A stretch of 64,000 nucleotides of DNA, taken from contig OY969564.1 in the NCBI GenBank assembly GCA_963701095.1, positions 2,304,001-2,368,000 of the forward strand. The letters are read 5' to 3'. The stretch is from an uncultured Methanoregulaceae archaeon (lineage in GTDB: Archaea; Halobacteriota; Methanomicrobia; Methanomicrobiales; Methanospirillaceae). Within the stretch, counting starts at the first letter, position 1. Each line of letters opens with the position of its first letter. A program made the translations under genes and the position numbers. The notes beneath the pieces are model-generated. The model was not told the origin of the DNA and ran no database searches. It saw only the letters and a program-made list of their open reading frames with translations. Shown here one piece after another: positions 52,329-62,776 of this stretch.

Positions 52329-52665
52329 TCATCCCAGCCACCCTATCAGGCACGCCATATATTTCCCGGACTAAGTTAGGAAAACAAAAACATTCCTTCT
52401 GCTTTCTCCCGGATGATCAGTTTGTTTTGTTCCAGTTTCGACAAGATGGTCTTGTCGAGTTTCATTAGCTGCCTGCTCTGGACGCCGCGTTTTTTCTCTC
52501 ACTCAACTTAAGAGAATAACGTCTCGAACCCTTGCACATGCTGGTCCCGGAGAACTTCAAAGATATCTTTAGTTCTCATTGGTTTATCCTTCTTGTATAG
52601 GAACATGAGGATATACTTCCCATTTTCACCGGGCTGCATAAATGCAAAGTTAACTACCTCATTCA
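52329..52665 (-). pseudogene. winged-helix regulator C-terminal remnant with internal stops
   Basis: ILMFLYKK.KPM..KDIFEVL..*..SRQLMKLDKTILSKLE..LI.REK..LT*SG. Confidence 0.5.
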
Positions 52666-52800
52666 CATCAGGAGTCTGGCAGATACTGCACCCGTGAAGG
52701 TTGACCTCTTCTCGGTCCGGCAAAATCCTTTGCCATAACACAGTAAAGGTTAACGTCGTGCGACATCGCAGCCATCGTCATTCCCCCGCCTTCTGTCCTA

Positions 52801-54837
52801 TCAATGCGCTTGTCCTGGGAGGATGAAGGTTAAGGCATTCCTGTCTTCGGAAAAATCATCGTCCCATTCAGAATGTCGCCAGTAGTCATCGAGATCCCGG
52901 GTCTTCAGGTACGAAGAGTAGATCTTGTACGCAAGGTTAGCGATCATGTCTGGTCCCTCGCTGTTCGTCACCAGCCCGCTGCCCGGGTGACTGAATGTGA
53001 ATTTGTCGCCGGTCCACCGCTTCTGCAGCGCTTTCATTTCCGCAAGCAGCCGTTCATCGGCGGGGTACTTGATCTGCCCTTCGCGCATACGCTCCTCAAG
53101 GTTTTCGTATATCTGCATCTTGTGTTCCGGCGTGTACGGGGTTTCCTTCAGCCCGAAATCAAGGGCAAAGCGCTGCCTGACTATGCCGGTCGCATGCTCA
53201 TCATGAACTAGGGTTTGGACGCGGTATCCTTCGCACAGGAGATTGATATCGTACAGTGCCTTTTTCCAGTTGAGCTGGTTATCCTCCGGCAGCCAGTACC
53301 GGACCAGGTCAATAATGACCGAATCGCCTTCCATGTGACCGATGCAGAACCAAAGGACATCTCTGCGCCGGCTCGTACCAAGGGCTCCCTGATACTTGTC
53401 TGAGTACGTAAACGAAAACCACGATTCCTGCTGGCTGTTGCGGTCGACGAGTCCCGGGGAAAACATTGCATTCCGATCAGCGTTGTTTACCCCGAACGTC
53501 AGCATTAACGCATCAGCTCTATCAGGGCTGGACAAGCCCCGGCGTTTCATATCGTCTTTACTCTCGATCAGGATCTGTCCCCGGCTGTTGACCTTGTACC
53601 GGATGCCGGCCAGCTGGGTAACCAGAGCCTCATCATCAGGGATAGTGATATCACCAGACTCAAACCGGGACCGGAGAGCAAACCACCATTCAGCCCGGGC
53701 GTTCCCATACCGTTCCTTATTCTGGGCCGCAGAGCCGCTCTGCATCTCCACGACTGAAATCTTCTGCTCGTTAAGCCGGTCGAAGACACCGGCACCGACA
53801 CCAACACTATCGATCTTTGCAATGGTCGACCCCGTCTCACGCATGGCAAAAATAATCTCCCCGGCAGTGGTCATGGTATCGGACATCGGCAGCACCTTCC
53901 AGATCCGGGCCGCAGATCCCTGCCGGAGCATGATAACAGTCTCATCTCCACCGAACCGGGCAACATCAACACCGAGCTCCACCGGCTCCGTTGCATCAAG
54001 ATTCCGGTCAACCGCAGCCTCAATCCAGTGCAGAGGGATCAGGGTATTATCGCCAGAAGACGGGAACTGTGCAAGCACCTTGGAATGATACAGTGGTGAA
54101 TCGGTACCCCACTGCTTCACGCGGTCAGATACCCAGCCCGGCGAAACCAGGTACGGGGCTGGAAGACTGCCGGTAACCTTAGTCCCCCACGTACCGCTAA
54201 TGATATCCTGTTCCGTAATACCAAACCTGGTAAAGTTCGGGGTATCGTACGCCGATATCGTGATCTTCGATGCATGGGAGTTAGATGAAAACTCTTTGTA
54301 AAACCGGCCCGATGGGTTCAGCGGGTTACCTATCATCAGGAGACGAGATTCATCCGAGGTGAGCACACCATCAATTGCATCGAAAATATCTTCCGAGACA
54401 CCGCTGGACTCATCAGCGACTACGAGGATAAACGGTGCATGGAATCCCTGGAACTTATCACCGGCATGTTCCGGAGAGGTGAATCCCATCGCAAACCAGT
54501 CGTTACTGATCTTAAGTTCCTGCATCAGGCATTCCCCGTCTAACGGCACTTTTGCCCGCTGGAAACCAGCCCGGATCTCTTTCCAGAGGATCCCGGCAAC
54601 TTGGCGGTCGGTCGGGGCGGTCGTGATGACGATCGATTGAGGATGGTTGTACAAAAACCACAGCGAAGCATCGGCGGCAACGAAGGATTTCCCTGCAGCA
54701 TGACAACTTTTTACCGCAGTCACTTTATGATCCCGGATGCTTTCGAGGATTTGCACCTGCTTTTCCCATGGAGTATGGCCGAGCACTTCGCGTACCCAGA
54801 GCCCGGGGTCGAGAAGGTACCGGATTGCGCTTGTCAA
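52801..54837 (-). CDS. terminase large subunit with an extra C-terminal degenerate nuclease-like domain
   Basis: Walker A SCHAAGKS, Walker B VVADES, IGNP, LGVDVA..GGD, SPDRADA; GGAGGTG SD then TTG at 54837. Confidence 0.88.
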   Translation of the reverse strand: MTSAIRYLLDPGLWVREVLGHTPWEKQVQILESIRDHKVTAVKSCHAAGKSFVAADASLWFLYNHPQSIVITTAPTDRQVAGILWKEIRAGFQRAKVPLDGECLMQELKISNDWFAMGFTSPEHAGDKFQGFHAPFILVVADESSGVSEDIFDAIDGVLTSDESRLLMIGNPLNPSGRFYKEFSSNSHASKITISAYDTPNFTRFGITEQDIISGTWGTKVTGSLPAPYLVSPGWVSDRVKQWGTDSPLYHSKVLAQFPSSGDNTLIPLHWIEAAVDRNLDATEPVELGVDVARFGGDETVIMLRQGSAARIWKVLPMSDTMTTAGEIIFAMRETGSTIAKIDSVGVGAGVFDRLNEQKISVVEMQSGSAAQNKERYGNARAEWWFALRSRFESGDITIPDDEALVTQLAGIRYKVNSRGQILIESKDDMKRRGLSSPDRADALMLTFGVNNADRNAMFSPGLVDRNSQQESWFSFTYSDKYQGALGTSRRRDVLWFCIGHMEGDSVIIDLVRYWLPEDNQLNWKKALYDINLLCEGYRVQTLVHDEHATGIVRQRFALDFGLKETPYTPEHKMQIYENLEERMREGQIKYPADERLLAEMKALQKRWTGDKFTFSHPGSGLVTNSEGPDMIANLAYKIYSSYLKTRDLDDYWRHSEWDDDFSEDRNALTFILPGQAH

Positions 54838-54874
54838 AGCATGCACCTCCGGAACACCAAAAAATGCCCCGACA

Positions 54875-55369
54875 TCATATCCCCGCCTCCTCAAGCGCGG
54901 CCAAAAGTTCAGCATGGATTTCGGGATGTTTCGATAAAATACGCATGAGAACCGGCCACTCCGGGGACGTTGTAATAGTCTGGACGCCGACATTTACTTG
55001 GACGGCAGTCTGGTTTCTGGCATTCAGCTCCCCGGTAACCTGTCCCAGCAGCTCTACACAACCCCGGGCTTCCCGGATCGCACTTATTGCTGTCCGCAGG
55101 TCGCCGGCTGTCTCTGCCTTGTTCATGTACGAGATCGATTTGCTGAGGAGACCTTTTGTCCACTTTAGGAGATCCTCTCCATTGGCGATCTGTCGTGCCT
55201 CTTCAGCTTTTGCGACAGATGCCGAAATGTGACCAGCTTTTTGATGATCGTAGAGGCTGCTTTTCGTGGCACCGAATTGTTTAGCGATAGTCCGGAGGGA
55301 TGTACCTCTGATAATTTCCTGATCAATTTCTGTGCGACTTTTGTGTGCACAAATACAACATTTTTTCAT
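54875..55369 (-). CDS. putative terminase small subunit (CxxCxH + HTH)
   Basis: KCCICAH..EID..SLRTIAKQFG..SL..H, helical middle region, directly upstream of terL. Confidence 0.65.
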   Translation of the reverse strand: MKKCCICAHKSRTEIDQEIIRGTSLRTIAKQFGATKSSLYDHQKAGHISASVAKAEEARQIANGEDLLKWTKGLLSKSISYMNKAETAGDLRTAISAIREARGCVELLGQVTGELNARNQTAVQVNVGVQTITTSPEWPVLMRILSKHPEIHAELLAALEEAGI

Positions 55370-55694
55370 TAAATCAACTCTTTTACAAAACACCCGGATT
55401 GCAAGTTGTAATCATACGAATACTATCAGGATCATTTTCCCGCGCATTGCCCGTCGAATGGAAAGTTCAGGTCGAAATACAAGAGCCTGAACTTCAAGGA
55501 AAAAGATGAGAAAAGCGCCTTTGTAATCGACAATGTCAAGCTGAAAACCGGGCATCGAATACGTTGGCGTTCCAGAAAATTATAAAGGTAAAATGAAATT
55601 CGGCAAAAACAAAAAAAAAGAGAAGAATCGATAAAAGAGGAATATATCAGGTTTTTTGCGGATTGCTCAAAATGCTCAACTATATTTCAGGGTA

Positions 55695-55734
55695 AGCCCA
55701 CGCGGCACAGGGCAGCGAGCCCCGTTTGAGCGTC
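55695..55734 (-). repeat. dispersed structured repeat, copy 6 (inverted)
   Basis: Reverse complement GACGCTCAAACGGGGCTCGCTGCCCTGTGCCGCGTGGGCT. Confidence 0.75.
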
Positions 55735-55933
55735 TCCTGCCTCTAAAATACCGGCCGGCCCCCATTATTCCTCAATGTGCGACAATGAATAAACAGGATT
55801 CATATTTCATGGCTGGCTTTTCCCTGAAGTAATCTTTTAACCACACGTAACGTGCAAACACCGGATTTTAGATGCAGAATGTATTGATTTCAATTTTGGT
55901 ATATAAAAAAATAAATGATAAAACTGTGATTAA

Positions 55934-56572
55934 GTGAATTGTATGGTACCAGATAAGAACAGTGGCAATCAGGGGTCGGAGAAACCAGGGGACCACATCT
56001 TATTCGCATACTTGTGTAACCGACAAAAACAAATGAGTGATGATTTTAATGCAATGGATCAGAAATTCGCACAAATTATTGCCTTTAACGGCGTAATATT
56101 GGCGGTTCTCATTATTGGGATAGATCCAGCGAAAGCGGCACATTTTCCCGTTTGCCTGGGAGGAATAGTAATAATTTTCGCAAGTGCGTTTCTTTCAGGA
56201 ATTGTGTACTCCCCTAAAAAATATGACGATGGTCTTGAAAATTTCTGGACAGGATGGAATGATAGTAAAAATGATTCCCGGGGGGATACGCCACGCCCGA
56301 ACAAATTAATGAGACTGTTCTTTCCAAAAAAACGAAATGTTAATGAAAGACAGAAGTTTCCTGTTTATTCATTAGATGAGATATACAGGCCGGAAGAGAA
56401 CAACGAGGTTGTTCCACAACCAGAATTGGGAGAGATAGATACCTATAACAAATTGTTATTAAACTCAATCATCAACAATTCAAACCTGAATGATGACAAA
56501 GCCGATATTTTTGGAGTTGTTTTACTGCTCCTTTTCGTGGGTTTGGCTTTTGTGATACTAGGGTATTATTAA
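55934..56572 (+). CDS. 3-TM hypothetical membrane protein
   Basis: AT-rich ORF; D.K..QIIAFNGVIL, two N-terminal TMs and one C-terminal TM. Confidence 0.65.
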   Translation: MNCMVPDKNSGNQGSEKPGDHILFAYLCNRQKQMSDDFNAMDQKFAQIIAFNGVILAVLIIGIDPAKAAHFPVCLGGIVIIFASAFLSGIVYSPKKYDDGLENFWTGWNDSKNDSRGDTPRPNKLMRLFFPKKRNVNERQKFPVYSLDEIYRPEENNEVVPQPELGEIDTYNKLLLNSIINNSNLNDDKADIFGVVLLLLFVGLAFVILGYY

Positions 56573-56655
56573 CATTTTAATGAAGGATGAACTTTGGTCC
56601 AGTCAACTGGCTTTGCCATTTCGGCAAAATCAAAAAGGAAAAGAGTGGGATTGGA

Positions 56656-57743
56656 TTAACGGGTTTTTGGGATACCGAACAGGGTAAAACATCCCAGTTT
56701 CTGGCAGGTGGTAAACAAATCCATGCCCGGGGCTACCAGACCCGGCAAACCAAACATACCGATTATATAATACGCGGCTGCAAGACAAACGATGCCAAAA
56801 CCTGCACCCAGTACCATCCCGGCCGCCGAATACGGGCGATAAGGAATAACCTGGTCGTTTGTCTTTCGAGCCGCTGAGTACGCGTAATACACGCCGTAGA
56901 GCCAGATAAGGATGCCAGGGACAACGGAGAACATCAGTCCCACACCGGTGCCAGAGCTATTACCATGCCCTCATCGGATCGTCCGTTGTATGCCTGGCCA
57001 AGCCCCGGGATAACCAGCGAGAGGACAGCAGCATTCTGCGGGTTTTTGTAATAAGAGTCAGTGTCCGGGGTTTCCTGCAGGGATTGTTCCCGTATATACG
57101 TACTGAGTTTTGCGATGATCTGCTCGTTCTGGCCGGTGTCAATCCCTATCCATCTGCGACGTGGTCGGAACAGGTATTGTGAAAGGGATCCGTTGTTTGG
57201 AACATGAACACTGGTGTAAACGCTCTGAATTTGTATCAGGCTTGAGTTCATGCCTTTCTTCTCAATGGTGAACCTTACCATGCTGATCCCACCATTGAGC
57301 GTTTCAGTAGTGGCATGAACCGTGCCGGTATCAGGATTCGCATTAATAATTTTTGCAGAAGGAAGTAACGGGACCGCGAGTTTGCAGAGAAGAAATGCCC
57401 GTTCAAACGGGACAGCGATTTCCAGGTCACTTTCCCGCAGGAAATATTTGTCGCCCAGGGACTGCCAGTCATTGACCTGGTGCTGTCTGTTCTCTGCATA
57501 TTTTGTACGATTGTAGTAAAAGTATACGAGGAGACAGACGAAGATAAGGAAGCAGCCAGTGACAACCTCTGTATTCAGAATTGGAGGAAGTTCCGGGCCA
57601 GAAAAAGAACTCAGGCCAATCCTGTGGTAGTAATTCAGGCTAATCAGGATAGAAATTAAATAGATGACTATACCGCAGATGATGAGGAGGAAAAAAGCAA
57701 TTATTATTTTTCGTTTTGAGGATTCCTGCACTGCTGTACTCAT
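56656..57743 (-). CDS. membrane protein with TM2-like motif (apparent frameshift ~56953)
   Basis: KNP..AAVLS..IPGLGQAYNG joins frame with IW.YGVY.AY..A. Confidence 0.65.
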
Positions 57744-57915
57744 AATATAACCAAAGAATTTTTAATCGGATATTATATAAAAAGACTTGATTTTTGAAAG
57801 AGATCAGCACATGAATCCGGCAACAATAAAAAGAGAGGAATTTGAAAAAAGGCTTAGGATAAAAGGGTTTATGAAGGATGTACTATCTCGATTTCAGGTG
57901 ATATTGCCGGATTAA

Positions 57916-58440
57916 TTATTCCGTCGTATCTATCTTATTAATATCAACCACCATCTGTATTGTGTCGGAATTTTCAGTTATTCTTATAAATCCCCCATAT
58001 TTTTTATAGAACCGGATCGTTTTCGAATCTTTCTTTGCATCAACTTTAACGAAACGACATCCAATCCGTTCAGTCAGTCTGAATGCAAGGGCGAAAACCC
58101 GTTTAAGCATTTCACGTCCTACCCCCTGACTACGCATCCCGTCTTTTATTGCCATTCTGGCTAAAAGTAAAGCTGGATATTTATTGGGTGGATCCTCAAT
58201 TTCCAGCGATAATTTTTTCACCGAGTCTGATGTGATGCATCCCATAGAAAGTGAGAAAAACCCTACAAGATCGCTATCTGCATAGACAAGGTAGGTAGTG
58301 CTGATTTTTTCACGCTGCATGGTTTTTGCATCGCTTCGTAAAAAATCTTCCAGATCCCTGGAATCTGAACATGAAAATCCTGAAACGTCGGAATCATCGG
58401 ATAATTTTGAAAAAACGAGTGAATTAAGATCGATTGTCAT
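57916..58440 (-). CDS. GNAT acetyltransferase, toxin type
   Basis: FSC....DL..FL..DA, VGFFSL, YPALLLARMA, RSQGVG, VDAK, FY.KY. Confidence 0.85.
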   Translation of the reverse strand: MTIDLNSLVFSKLSDDSDVSGFSCSDSRDLEDFLRSDAKTMQREKISTTYLVYADSDLVGFFSLSMGCITSDSVKKLSLEIEDPPNKYPALLLARMAIKDGMRSQGVGREMLKRVFALAFRLTERIGCRFVKVDAKKDSKTIRFYKKYGGFIRITENSDTIQMVVDINKIDTTE

Positions 58441-58447
58441 TTTGCAG

Positions 58448-58597
58448 TTACGGCCATTCTTTTGAGAGCTTGCGGGCTTCCCTGAAAACCGCCTGGCTCT
58501 GCGGGGTAAACTTTTGCTTTGGCGCACTGACGTACTTGTTGAACGCACATGCTTCTTCCCCCCGTAAAACTGTCTCTAATTCAATCTGTTTTGCCAT
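58448..58597 (-). CDS. 49-aa putative antitoxin (not in ORF track)
   Basis: MAKQIELETVLRGEEACAFNKY..; ends 7 nt before the GNAT ATG. Confidence 0.6.
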   Translation of the reverse strand: MAKQIELETVLRGEEACAFNKYVSAPKQKFTPQSQAVFREARKLSKEWP

Positions 58598-58885
58598 AAC
58601 TGGTAACCTTTATACACGATTTATACACCCAATCAGATAAACCTACAGCATAGTAACATAGTTGAACCCCGGAAAAAGATTCATTTCCGTTCCTCCAGTA
58701 CAGGAAGATCGCACTGTATAAGCCGATTACTCCCATAGATGATCCGAATTTATCACGGTGATCGGAATGCGGTTCGCTGGAGAAAACCTGGCATTGGATA
58801 TATTAGTGTTTTATTGGGTTACGTCGGAGAATGAATTCGGCAAAATCGAGAGTAAAACGGATGGATTGGAAAAAGGGGTTGGAAT

Positions 58886-60403
58886 TCAGGGTTTCTTTTC
58901 CATTATAAGGTAAAGAGCAGCAAGGATAACGATAACAGCAATGGCGCCCGCGGTCACCACGGGTTCTCCTGGTGCTTCTGCCGGAGTTGGTGCAATTAAC
59001 GGGGAAAGGACAATAAGTTCCGGCGCATTTGAGACCGTCACGTGATAATTTCCCTGTGCGTCCGCATACATCACCGTTGTCTCGTTGAGCGCATACATGC
59101 CCGGTGCGGATGCATGGAGCGTGTACGAAAGACTGTAGGTCTCATGCGGTAAAAGGCCGGGGATCGTCCCTTCCGTCATTCCGCCAACAACCGGTAAAAT
59201 CGGCAGGGTCCCGTCTGCGATCTCGATATCGGAAACCGGCTCCGGTCCGGCATTGAACAGGGTTATCGTCACATTCGAATCCATTCCCTGTTTAATCGAC
59301 CATGGCGAAACTGATTTGTTTACCAGCACCTGGCTCCCGGCCGGATTGGTAACGACGGAAAGCGTGGTTCCCGTACCTGGTGATACCGTACCCAAATCCT
59401 TTGAATACCAGACACTGTTTCCCTGGTCTCCGTCAATAACCCACAACCGGTTATCAAAGAATACAGTGGAATAACCGTTTGCTTCTGCAAATGTAGCATT
59501 GTCCGTTACTTTTGTCCAGGTGACACCATCCGGTGAATACCAGACATCATCGTAGTAGGGATCGCCACTGTTCATATAATCTTTCAAGCCGCCGATCAAC
59601 CACATCCCGTTACCGGCAGTAACAAGGCCGAAATATCTGCGTTCCGGAAATGCCGCCGCTGGAGTGGCTGGTGTCCACGTAACACCATCTGTTGTTTCCC
59701 AGACATCATTGAAGTCGTTTCTCCAGTCAAAGCCCCCGGTCAACCATAATGTATTATTGAACGCAACCGTTTCAGGGTTCATGCGAGGAGAAAATGCAGC
59801 CGCTGCAGTTGCCTCTGTCCACGTAACGCCGTCCGGTGAATACCAGACGTCGTTATGGGTAATCCCGTCCTGGGTGCCACCAACTACCCAGATGTTGCCG
59901 TTGTATACCGCAATACCAAAATCCCACCGGCAGGCAAAGGGAGCGTTCGCGGTCGCCTCAGTCCAGGTGATCCCGTCAGAAGAATACCAGACATCGTTTA
60001 AGGGGTTCCTGCTTTGGGCATCTCTTCCGCCGATCACCCAGATTTTGTTGTCAAAGACAACGGAACCCTGGCCGTACCGTTTGCCAAACTGTGCGTTTGC
60101 GGTTACCTGTTTCCAGTTGGTGCCATCAGGAGAAGACCAGACATCGCTATAGTATACGGTGCTGTCCGGGTTCTCGCCTCCCATTACCCAGAGTGCATTG
60201 TTAAAAGTGACGGCAGACTGCGCAATCCTTGCAGAAAACGGGGTATGTGCAGTTGCCTCGGTCCATGCCAATGAGGGTGTACCCGCTGCTGATGCGACAG
60301 GGACAAAAGCACCCAGGAGAACAACAAACAGGCAACCGCAGAAAAGACTCATGCATTTTCTTTTGATGCGATCGTTATTTTTTATCAGTTTCAAAGAAGG
60401 CAT
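58886..60403 (-). CDS. surface beta-propeller (kelch-like) protein with Ig-like domain and C-terminal TM anchor
   Basis: Signal peptide; six units of FN..LWV.GG...DVW.S.DG..W..AT..A.F..R. Confidence 0.85.
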   Translation of the reverse strand: MPSLKLIKNNDRIKRKCMSLFCGCLFVVLLGAFVPVASAAGTPSLAWTEATAHTPFSARIAQSAVTFNNALWVMGGENPDSTVYYSDVWSSPDGTNWKQVTANAQFGKRYGQGSVVFDNKIWVIGGRDAQSRNPLNDVWYSSDGITWTEATANAPFACRWDFGIAVYNGNIWVVGGTQDGITHNDVWYSPDGVTWTEATAAAAFSPRMNPETVAFNNTLWLTGGFDWRNDFNDVWETTDGVTWTPATPAAAFPERRYFGLVTAGNGMWLIGGLKDYMNSGDPYYDDVWYSPDGVTWTKVTDNATFAEANGYSTVFFDNRLWVIDGDQGNSVWYSKDLGTVSPGTGTTLSVVTNPAGSQVLVNKSVSPWSIKQGMDSNVTITLFNAGPEPVSDIEIADGTLPILPVVGGMTEGTIPGLLPHETYSLSYTLHASAPGMYALNETTVMYADAQGNYHVTVSNAPELIVLSPLIAPTPAEAPGEPVVTAGAIAVIVILAALYLIMEKKP

Positions 60404-60643
60404 GGTACCTCCAGGATCCTGTTTGTACTATTTCAGGAGCGGGCAGGATAAAGCTGGCGATCAACGCCTGAATTGAGGTGCTGAGGCGCAGGACCAACTC
60501 CATACGTATAGTGAGAAAACTGATGAACCGGAACGACGCATATACGTCCATGAAATTCAGGGTCCAGGTGGTGCCTGAGGAATGGGGAAGGTTTCTCCGT
60601 CTTTGTCCCTGGACTTTCATTCGTGAGGTGACCGATCCCTCCC

Positions 60644-62702
60644 ATGGCGCCCGGTACTGACCAGTCAAATGAATTTTACGTAAAACACCTCCGGGTCACC
60701 TGCCACCACATCGACAGCCTTCTTGGCGAGATCGAAGGTATCCTCTACGAGTCCTCATCGAAAACCGCATTTCCGGAGTATGTCATGGACCTTACCCCGG
60801 CGCAACAGAAGACGATCGAGGATTATATCACCCGAATCCGGGCCCGTCTCGTCCAGGTAATGGAAGGGCAGGGGATTGGCAGCAGCAAGCCCGGCATTCC
60901 CGTCTCGCGGGCTGTTCATGCCAGGCTGTATACCATCGATATTGCGGCCGAAGAACTAAAACCGCAATACATGATGGGGTTCGGTAATATCCCCGACAGC
61001 ACCGCAACAGAACTCAATGGCATTGCGGGGGAGTTGCAGGCACTTGTTTCACGCCTCGGCCAGTATCTTAACCAGGGAACCGGGCAGGATTTCCGGGAAC
61101 GGCTGCAGCGGCTGGAAGGGGCAGGTAATGACCTTTCCCTCCTCGCCCGGATCGAACAGGTTGTCGCGAAACGGGGACTGGTGGAATTCCGGGGGACGAT
61201 CGATGCGATCCTCGACCGTGCCGAGGACCGGAGTTTTGAGATCGCGGTCTTCGGGCGTGTCAGCTCCGGCAAGTCGTCTCTCCTCAACGCCGTCATCGGG
61301 ACTGACATCCTGCCGGTGGGAGTGACCCCGGTTACGGCCGTCCCCACGCGTATTATCTACGGGGAAAAACCATCACTTTCGGTATCGTTTGCCGATGCAC
61401 CGGCAAGGACGTTTCCGATCGAACAGCTCGGGGAGTTCGCTACCGAACAGCACAACCCCAATAACGCAAAGCATGTGACCGGGGTCACTGTGACCATCCC
61501 GGTATCGAGCCTCTCCCAGGGGGTTTCCTTTGTTGATACGCCGGGTCTCGGTTCACTTGCCACAGGAGGTGCTGCCGAGACCCTTGCGTACCTGCCCCGG
61601 TGCGATCTCGGGTGGTCCTGATCGATGCAGGATCCACGCTGACCGAAGAAGACGTCCGGACCATCCGTGCGTTGCAGGAAGCTGCCATTCCCGCACATAT
61701 CCTGCTCAGTAAAGCAGATCTCCTCGACCGGCCTGACTGCGAAAAGACCATCGGGTACATCACGCAGCACATAGCATCAGGGACCGGCCTTTCCCTGCCG
61801 GTCCATCCGGTCAGTGTCCACCCCTCGCACCGGAAGCTGCTCGACCGGTGGTTAGGAGAAGAGATCCTCCCGGTCATGAGCCATTCGCAGGACCTCCGGA
61901 CAGCGTCGTTACAGAGAAAGATTGGTGCATTACAGGAATCCCTGGTGTATTCCCTGCAGAACCAGATCCGGCGGAACCGGCACACACCTGCGGGAAATGC
62001 AGAAACCTTCAAGGCGGTCGAAATCCGTCTGCGAAGGGCAACCGGTCTTATCGTGGAGACCACAAAAGCATGCAGGGAAAAGGCCGATGCCATGGACGGG
62101 AAGGTTTTTGAAACCTGGATCGCCGCTGCTGCAGGTGCCACAAACAACAGGCCGGGGGACGCTGACAGAAAGATTCCTGCGGAAGATGCGATCCGCACCG
62201 CTCTCCTCCAGACCGTGCAGGGTGGGATACAGGATATCCGGGAACAGATCGAAACCCTTGCCAGGAGCCTGCAGGACGAGCTCGTAAAAAGTGCGGCAGA
62301 CCTCGTCATTACCGATGTGCCCGGAGATAATGAATTCCTCTTGCTGGTCCGGGATATGCCGGCCTTCGATCCCGGAACGATCCAGGTCACGGTGCCCGCA
62401 TACCTATTCACCGCGTTGCGGCAGAACAGGCTGGGAAAAAGCTGCTGGAACGCAGGATACGCCGGCAGTTTTCCGAATCTACCGGACTGGTCTTTGCCAG
62501 TTACTTCAGGATCCTCAAGGAATGGACAAGCCAGGTGACGGGCCGGATGGGCCAGAAATTCGAGACCTATGCCGAACGATACCGGGCACAGGCAGAACAA
62601 TCACCCCCGGGGCAGGAGCTGACAACGGATGAGGTGGGCGCTATCGAGGAGGATCTTAAAATGCTCGGTGACGCTGCAAAAGACAAAGAAAGGCCCGGTT
62701 AA
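60644..62702 (+). CDS. dynamin-like GTPase (apparent frameshifts ~61612 and ~62440)
   Basis: GRVSSGKS, LPVGVTPVT, DTPG, SKAD; third frame ends at TAA 62702. Confidence 0.82.
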
Positions 62703-62776
62703 CGTGGTGGAAGATACTCAATTTTTCCATGCCTGAAAAAAGATATACTATCCCTCAACAAGGTAAGAGAATCTTT

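Noticed and set aside
16572..55369. One large provirus joining tube genes, integrase/Rep and terminase
   Set aside because: The parts are separated by many cellular genes, no portal, capsid or sheath is present, and they belong to different element classes
59400..60270. Recurring GAATACCAGAC-like DNA repeats
   Set aside because: Explained by the DVWYS blades of the beta-propeller protein
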